Origin: a bacterium
GTDB taxonomy: Bacteria > Patescibacteriota > Minisyncoccia > Phycocordibacterales > UBA9973
Assembly: GCA_037143195.1 (NCBI GenBank)
Contig: JBAWZD010000002.1
Coordinates: 207,157-271,156, forward strand
Direction of reading: 5' to 3'
Length of the DNA stretch: 64,000 nt
The notes below the pieces were generated by a model that saw nothing but the letters and a program-made list of their open reading frames with translations, was not told where the DNA came from and did not search any database. Position numbers and translations under genes: made by a program. Numbering within the stretch: position 1 is the stretch's first letter; each line of letters starts with the position of its first letter. Shown piece after piece: positions 58,974-64,000 of this stretch.

Positions 58974-59096
58974 TTGCCGAATTAAAAATACCCACTTTCA
59001 AAAGTACCGGCGTAAAATCCTGAAGGATTTTTGCCTCACTCTCTCGCCGTCGCGCTCCGAGAGTACTTTTGAAAGTGGGTATTTTTAATTCGGCAA
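58974..59096. repeat. 123-bp palindromic terminator element B, abutting the rnj stop codon; core homologous to element A (29239-29379) with compensatory substitutions
   Basis: perfect 34-bp arms; 56-nt core about 84 percent identical to A. Confidence 0.7.
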
Positions 59097-59101
59097 ATTG
59101 C

Positions 59102-61255
59102 CTACACTGCGAGAAGAACTGGAATCACGAGAGGACGCTTCGCTGTTTTTTGGAACAAGAATTTCGAGAGATTGTCTCCGAGTGTTCCACGGAGCATCTC
59201 GAAGTTTACTTGTTGCATGTCATGTGCGCCATCTTCGATGGAATGCTTCACGATTTGGCGTGCCTCATGCAAGAGTTCTTGTGATTCTTTGAGGTACACG
59301 AATCCGCGAGAGATAATATCAGGAGACTTCTTGAGTTTGCCTGTCTTCTGGTCGATTGTCGCAACGATAACGAACATACCGTCTTGAGCGAGCATTTGTC
59401 GGTCACGAATGACGACTTCCTGTTCATCTCCAACAGTAAATCCATCCACCATCATGAGTCCACTTGCTGCCTTTTCCTTGCGGAGAGTCATCTTTTGACC
59501 GTCAGCCGAGATTTCAATAATCGATCCGTTGTCTGGGACAACGATGTGTGATTCTGGAATACCAATCTCTATTCCCAGACGCTTGTGTGACTGAAGCATG
59601 TAGTGACTACCGTGGATTGGAATGAAGAATTTTTCATTCACTTTGCGGTGAAGCCACTTGATGTCTTCTTTGTTTCCGTGACCTGTCGCGTGGACGTAGT
59701 CTTCTCCACTCGTTCGGTAGGTGACGATGTTCACACCTTGGCGAGCGAGACCATCTTTCATTTTTGCGACCTGAACTTCGTTTCCAGGGACAATCGAAGC
59801 TGAAAGAATGATTGTGTCGTTCTTCTTGAGTGAGAATTTCTTGTGTGTCTTTTGTGCGGCACGATTGAGTGCGGCAAATTCTTCGCCTTGGGCACCAGTC
59901 ATGAGAATGATGATGCGATCAGGAGGGAAGTTGTCGATCTCTTCAATCGAGATGAGTGTGTCCTTCTTTGGTTTGAGCAATCCTGCTTCGATAGACACTT
60001 CCATGTTTGTTTTCATGGAGCGACCTTCGAGCACGACTTTCTTTCCGAGTTCTTCGGCGATCTCGATGATCTTGATGAGACGAGTGATGTGTGAGGCGAA
60101 GGCTGCGATGATGAGACGTCCGCCTTTGTTTGCACGGATGAGACGATCGAGACCTTGGTGCACGCGCACTTCAGGCAATGCGAATCCTTCATTCTCAACG
60201 TTGGTTGAGTCTGTCATGAGAAGCAAGGTCTTATTTTTGTCGAAGATAGAGTATTCCTTTTCTTCGTCATCAGAAACGATACCGTCGATCTGGTCGAGCT
60301 TGTAGTCTCCTGGGTTTACGATCCAGCCGTGTGGTGTTTCGAGAATGATACCCATCGAGTCTGGCACCGTGTGTGTCACACCGAAGAATTTCACGCGCAT
60401 TTTGCCGACAGTGATGACTTCGTCACGCTCAACAACAATCGCATTGAGTGGTGGAAGATGTGGGAATTCTGTCTGGCGCTTCTTCATGAGAAGCACTGTA
60501 AGGTTACGAGAATACACTGGTGGATTGCCGATACGTGAAAGTACGAGTGGAAGTCCTCCGATGTGGTCAAGGTGACCGTGGGTGATGAAGACCGCGCGGA
60601 TTTTGTCCTTGCGTTCTTCGAGGTACGTTGTGTTTGGAATAATGTAGTCGATACCAGGGGTACTGTCGCCAGCAAATTGCATTCCCGCATCAATGACGAT
60701 GATGTCATCTTTGGTTTCGATTGCAGTGAGGTTCTTTCCGACTTCTTCGACTCCTCCGAGTGGAATGATACGGTACACACCTTCTTCTGGCGGAGGAATT
60801 TGTGGGCCACGCTTTCGTGGAGCATTTTCTGTACTGCCAGCTTCGGGCATGCGTGGGTGACTTGGAGCCTTACCACGACGCTTGTGTTCTGGATATTGAT
60901 ACGATGGACGTGATGAATGACGCGCGCCACCTTGATGTGCAGGTTTTGCACCTGCGACAGGGGTATGTGCGCCCGCCACTGCTACGCCTGCTTCACGATT
61001 TGGATTGTGAGGCATACGCTGGGGATTGTTTGGATTGTGTGGACGATGATTTGGATTGTGTCCACCTGGTCCGCGATGATGATGTGGGCGACGTGGTCCG
61101 AGTGGGGGAAGCGATGCTCCTCCGACGCCTGCAGTAGCACGTTCGATTGCTCCGTCGATTCCAGAACCTCCACCGATGTTTGATCGGGGGATGTCGTTCT
61201 TGAGTGACTGGAGAATTGCGCCGAGTGGCGACTTTGGTTTTTGATTTCTAGGCAT
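59102..61255 (-). CDS. rnj: ribonuclease J with about 170-aa disordered Gly/Pro/His-rich N-terminal extension
   Basis: ITHGHLDHIGG metallo-beta-lactamase/beta-CASP motifs. Confidence 0.85.
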   Translation of the reverse strand: MPRNQKPKSPLGAILQSLKNDIPRSNIGGGSGIDGAIERATAGVGGASLPPLGPRRPHHHRGPGGHNPNHRPHNPNNPQRMPHNPNREAGVAVAGAHTPVAGAKPAHQGGARHSSRPSYQYPEHKRRGKAPSHPRMPEAGSTENAPRKRGPQIPPPEEGVYRIIPLGGVEEVGKNLTAIETKDDIIVIDAGMQFAGDSTPGIDYIIPNTTYLEERKDKIRAVFITHGHLDHIGGLPLVLSRIGNPPVYSRNLTVLLMKKRQTEFPHLPPLNAIVVERDEVITVGKMRVKFFGVTHTVPDSMGIILETPHGWIVNPGDYKLDQIDGIVSDDEEKEYSIFDKNKTLLLMTDSTNVENEGFALPEVRVHQGLDRLIRANKGGRLIIAAFASHITRLIKIIEIAEELGKKVVLEGRSMKTNMEVSIEAGLLKPKKDTLISIEEIDNFPPDRIIILMTGAQGEEFAALNRAAQKTHKKFSLKKNDTIILSASIVPGNEVQVAKMKDGLARQGVNIVTYRTSGEDYVHATGHGNKEDIKWLHRKVNEKFFIPIHGSHYMLQSHKRLGIEIGIPESHIVVPDNGSIIEISADGQKMTLRKEKAASGLMMVDGFTVGDEQEVVIRDRQMLAQDGMFVIVATIDQKTGKLKKSPDIISRGFVYLKESQELLHEARQIVKHSIEDGAHDMQQVNFEMLRGTLGDNLSKFLFQKTAKRPLVIPVLLAV

Positions 61256-61395
61256 GTGATTTATAATTTTTGATTACGTAATTGGTAGATTAGAAAATAC
61301 AACTCCTTCATTCGGACTTCTATGTTCTAGCGTACCAATTACTCAATCAATAGTGATTGCTAATTGATAACGTGTTGGTAATGATGCACCTGCTC

Positions 61396-63141
61396 TTATT
61401 TCTTTGCGAACAATTTCCACACTTTGCTTGTTGCGAGATACCATGATTCGATGCCACTGAAACGATCTTCTGCTGTTGCTACGTGTCCGAGTGTAATACC
61501 AGTCTTGTCTGTACGGGTTACGTAAATGTACGAAGGGGAATAGACGAAGACTGCAGGAATATCGTTTGCGATTTCTTTTTCAAACGAAGCATAGAGTGTG
61601 TTTTCTTTGCTTTGATCGAGTGTGGCGAGACCCTGTTCAAGAAGCTTGTCTACTTTTGGATTCACATAGCTTGAAATATTGAGTCCTGGATCGTTGCGCT
61701 GTGATGAGTGCCAGAATGCGTATAAGTCTGACTGGTTTGAAACGACTTCACCAAAGAAGAGCGCTTGGAATTTGCGAGGACGAATGATGTCTTGGTTGAG
61801 ACTTCCTGTCTCGTAGACCTTTGGTGTTGCTTCGATACCTATGGTCTTGAGATCTTCACTAATGAGCGTGACTGCTTGGGTGAGTTCTGGTGTGTTGTTT
61901 GTCGCAATCTCAAACGAAAGACGTTGTGGATCTTTTTTGGCGACGGGCTTCATGTAGATTCCGTCTGAACCAAGTTTCCATCCGTCTTTCTCAAGAATCT
62001 TTTTTGCCTGATCGACATCAATCGTACTTGGACCTTCTGCATCACCTTGAGCCATTTCAGAACTTGCGGGGATAGCACCATTTGTTGGTGTTCCATATCC
62101 TTTCAAGACACTTTTCACAATGCCTGATTTGTCGATGGCGAGTGAGATTGCCTGGCGAACATTTTTGTCTGCAAAAATCTTGGCCTGTGTTTGATTGAAG
62201 AAAAGTCCAAACACTCGTGGAAGCGGGGAAGTCATGACGCGACTTCCTTCGTTTGCAAGCATCTCTGCATTCTCTGGATCAATACCACCGAATGTATCGA
62301 TGTCTCCCGCCTTGTATGCTGCAACGAGCGTACTTTCTGATGCGTAAAAATGGATACGAACCGTATCGATGAGTGGTTTCAAACCACCTTTCGCCTTTGA
62401 TCGTTCGAGTTCGTAGTACGCAGGAATACCTGATGCCCCAGCGACGACAGACTTTACTTGATATGCACCTTCGCCAACGGCGTTCTTGCCATTGTAATCA
62501 GTGTAGGCCCAATTTTCATAGGAAATTTTGCCCCAAATATGTTTTGGCACAATTCCGAGCGTCGTGTTTTCGAGGAATGGAGCGTATGGCTGTTTGAGTG
62601 TAAATGTTACGGTGTTTGCGTCTGGAGCATTTGCGATGACACCTTCCCATGCGACACGTTGTGCACTCTTCAAGAGTGGGTCTTGTGCGCTCTTGATTGT
62701 GTAGACGACATCGTCACTCGTTACTTTTTCACCATCTTGGAAATATGCTTCGCGGAGTGTGAATGTGTAGGTGAGTCCATCATCTGAAACAGTGTATTTT
62801 TCTGCGAGATCCGGAACAAGTTCGCCTTCGCTGTTTACTTTCATCAATCCACGATATACGAGACTCGTGAGATCGCGATCTGCGTCGGTCACTGCGAGGA
62901 GCGGGTTGACGAAGCGGGGAGTCCCGATGATGCCTTCTTCGAGTGTGCCACCAGTCGAGGGTACGGCCACCATGAAGTGTTCGTTGACTTGATAGACGAG
63001 CGAGAGTGCGCAGACTGTTCCAACGAGGACGGCGAGAATGAATCCCCCACGTTCGATTGGATTAAATGCACCAAGTGCACGTTTCATCTCAGCATGCATT
63101 CCTGCGAGGCGAGTGGTTTTTTTGTTTGATTGTTCGTCCAT
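61396..63141 (-). CDS. ABC transporter substrate-binding protein, family 5 (peptide/nickel type), membrane-anchored
   Basis: size and SBP_bac_5-like composition; N-terminal TM. Confidence 0.8.
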   Translation of the reverse strand: MDEQSNKKTTRLAGMHAEMKRALGAFNPIERGGFILAVLVGTVCALSLVYQVNEHFMVAVPSTGGTLEEGIIGTPRFVNPLLAVTDADRDLTSLVYRGLMKVNSEGELVPDLAEKYTVSDDGLTYTFTLREAYFQDGEKVTSDDVVYTIKSAQDPLLKSAQRVAWEGVIANAPDANTVTFTLKQPYAPFLENTTLGIVPKHIWGKISYENWAYTDYNGKNAVGEGAYQVKSVVAGASGIPAYYELERSKAKGGLKPLIDTVRIHFYASESTLVAAYKAGDIDTFGGIDPENAEMLANEGSRVMTSPLPRVFGLFFNQTQAKIFADKNVRQAISLAIDKSGIVKSVLKGYGTPTNGAIPASSEMAQGDAEGPSTIDVDQAKKILEKDGWKLGSDGIYMKPVAKKDPQRLSFEIATNNTPELTQAVTLISEDLKTIGIEATPKVYETGSLNQDIIRPRKFQALFFGEVVSNQSDLYAFWHSSQRNDPGLNISSYVNPKVDKLLEQGLATLDQSKENTLYASFEKEIANDIPAVFVYSPSYIYVTRTDKTGITLGHVATAEDRFSGIESWYLATSKVWKLFAKK

Positions 63142-63231
63142 ATGAGTGAGTTAAGAGTAGTAAGCAAAATCGAAAGACACTTCTTCCTTTTGAAGGCTCA
63201 ATATACTAGATACAATCGCTTGAAAGTGCGA

Positions 63232-63468
63232 TTAGAAGATCACTGCGAGAACGCAAAGTGTAGCGAACAAAACGCCGAGGACGATAGTCGCGATGAAGAG
63301 AAATTTCTCGAAGCCACGCTTCGTGCGGAAATTTTGCATGCCGTCAGAACCGCCAAAAGTACCTCCGATTCCTGCGGTGGAAGGTTGAAAGAGGACAGCG
63401 GCTATGAGGAGCGCGCCGACGAGTATTTGAGCGGCCGGCAAGATGCTCGGCAGAAGTGAACGTAACAT
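63232..63468 (-). CDS. secG: preprotein translocase subunit SecG
   Basis: two TM segments with Gly-rich loop GIGGTFGGSDG. Confidence 0.8.
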   Translation of the reverse strand: MLRSLLPSILPAAQILVGALLIAAVLFQPSTAGIGGTFGGSDGMQNFRTKRGFEKFLFIATIVLGVLFATLCVLAVIF

Positions 63469-63567
63469 TGCAAGAGGATTCTATCATATGAGACGAAAAA
63501 AGCAACTTCTCAGGTCAATAGATAGGCTCAACTATAGAGTGTGTTTGGATCGCACCAGATAACATAA

Positions 63568-63599
63568 AATCCGCTTAGACAATGGTGTCTAAGCGGATT
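63568..63599 (-). terminator. intrinsic terminator (14-bp stem aatccgcttagaca/tgtctaagcggatt)
   Basis: inverted repeat, T-rich on minus strand. Confidence 0.6.
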
Positions 63600-63621
63600 C
63601 TAATTAATTCTGCAATTTTTT

Positions 63622-63987
63622 TTACTGCTTACCCTGTGGGGTAGCAGCTGCTGCTGGTGCAACTGGCGCAGCCCCTGCACCAGTTGTGGGGTCGGCTTCT
63701 AATACTAGAAGCTCATCCCCGTTTTGGTAAATCATTCTACCTGAACGATTCCCATTCTTAATCTCAATAAACATACTATTGATGTTTGCTGTCGTATAGG
63801 ATGGGACATTCGGCACGGTGCGGGGAGCAGCCGCATAGTAATTATGATTTACCACCGGTGGCTGCACCGGAGCAACTGGCTGTGGTAACGGCGCCCTGAG
63901 CCGGCGCACTATTTCAACAGTAAACAATACGATTACGCCTAAGCCTAGAATCGTACACAAGCTATACCATAGCCATTCCCATGGCAT
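63622..63987 (-). CDS. hypothetical membrane protein with Pro/Ala-rich segments
   Basis: ORF. Confidence 0.45.
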   Translation of the reverse strand: MPWEWLWYSLCTILGLGVIVLFTVEIVRRLRAPLPQPVAPVQPPVVNHNYYAAAPRTVPNVPSYTTANINSMFIEIKNGNRSGRMIYQNGDELLVLEADPTTGAGAAPVAPAAAATPQGKQ

Positions 63988-64000
63988 GGTATAGCCTGGG

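Noticed and set aside
1-64000. Search for tRNA, rRNA, CRISPR arrays, transposases/integrases and reverse transcriptases
   Set aside because: No cloverleaf-compatible GTTC-arm candidates, no direct-repeat arrays with unique spacers, no DDE/tyrosine recombinase or YxDD motifs found by eye; a systematic tRNAscan/CRISPR scan was not possible here.

Overview
This 64 kb window looks like a compact, gene-dense bacterial chromosome segment from a small-genome lineage with Gram-positive/CPR-like features. That is inferred from the gene content (RNase J, a Cheo-type LexA box, DUF378, lmo0937 and YtxH small proteins, DUF5011 surface domains) and from the many unrecognisable ORFs. About 80 coding genes are called: housekeeping genes (purK-purE, pyrD, class II RNR nrdJ, engB, cyclophilin, lexA, trhO, rlmB-like, pepN, htrA, rnj, secG), many transporters, a two-component system and a minus-strand glycan/envelope operon. 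I found no rRNA, tRNA, CRISPR array or transposase. The most coherent accessory system is a cobalamin locus. It comprises an S-component-like membrane protein, nrdJ and a PduO-type adenosyltransferase. A candidate AdoCbl riboswitch follows, and downstream of it lie a DUF4430 (transcobalamin beta-domain-like) gene and a large secreted Ig-like plus alpha/alpha-toroid protein. Other points of interest are two homologous long palindromic terminator elements carrying compensatory base changes, a four-copy conserved intergenic promoter module, a dgkA remnant next to a dual-zinc-ribbon protein of unknown function, a Cheo-type LexA box, and several hypothetical gene clusters. All calls are made by eye from the sequence and are unverified.
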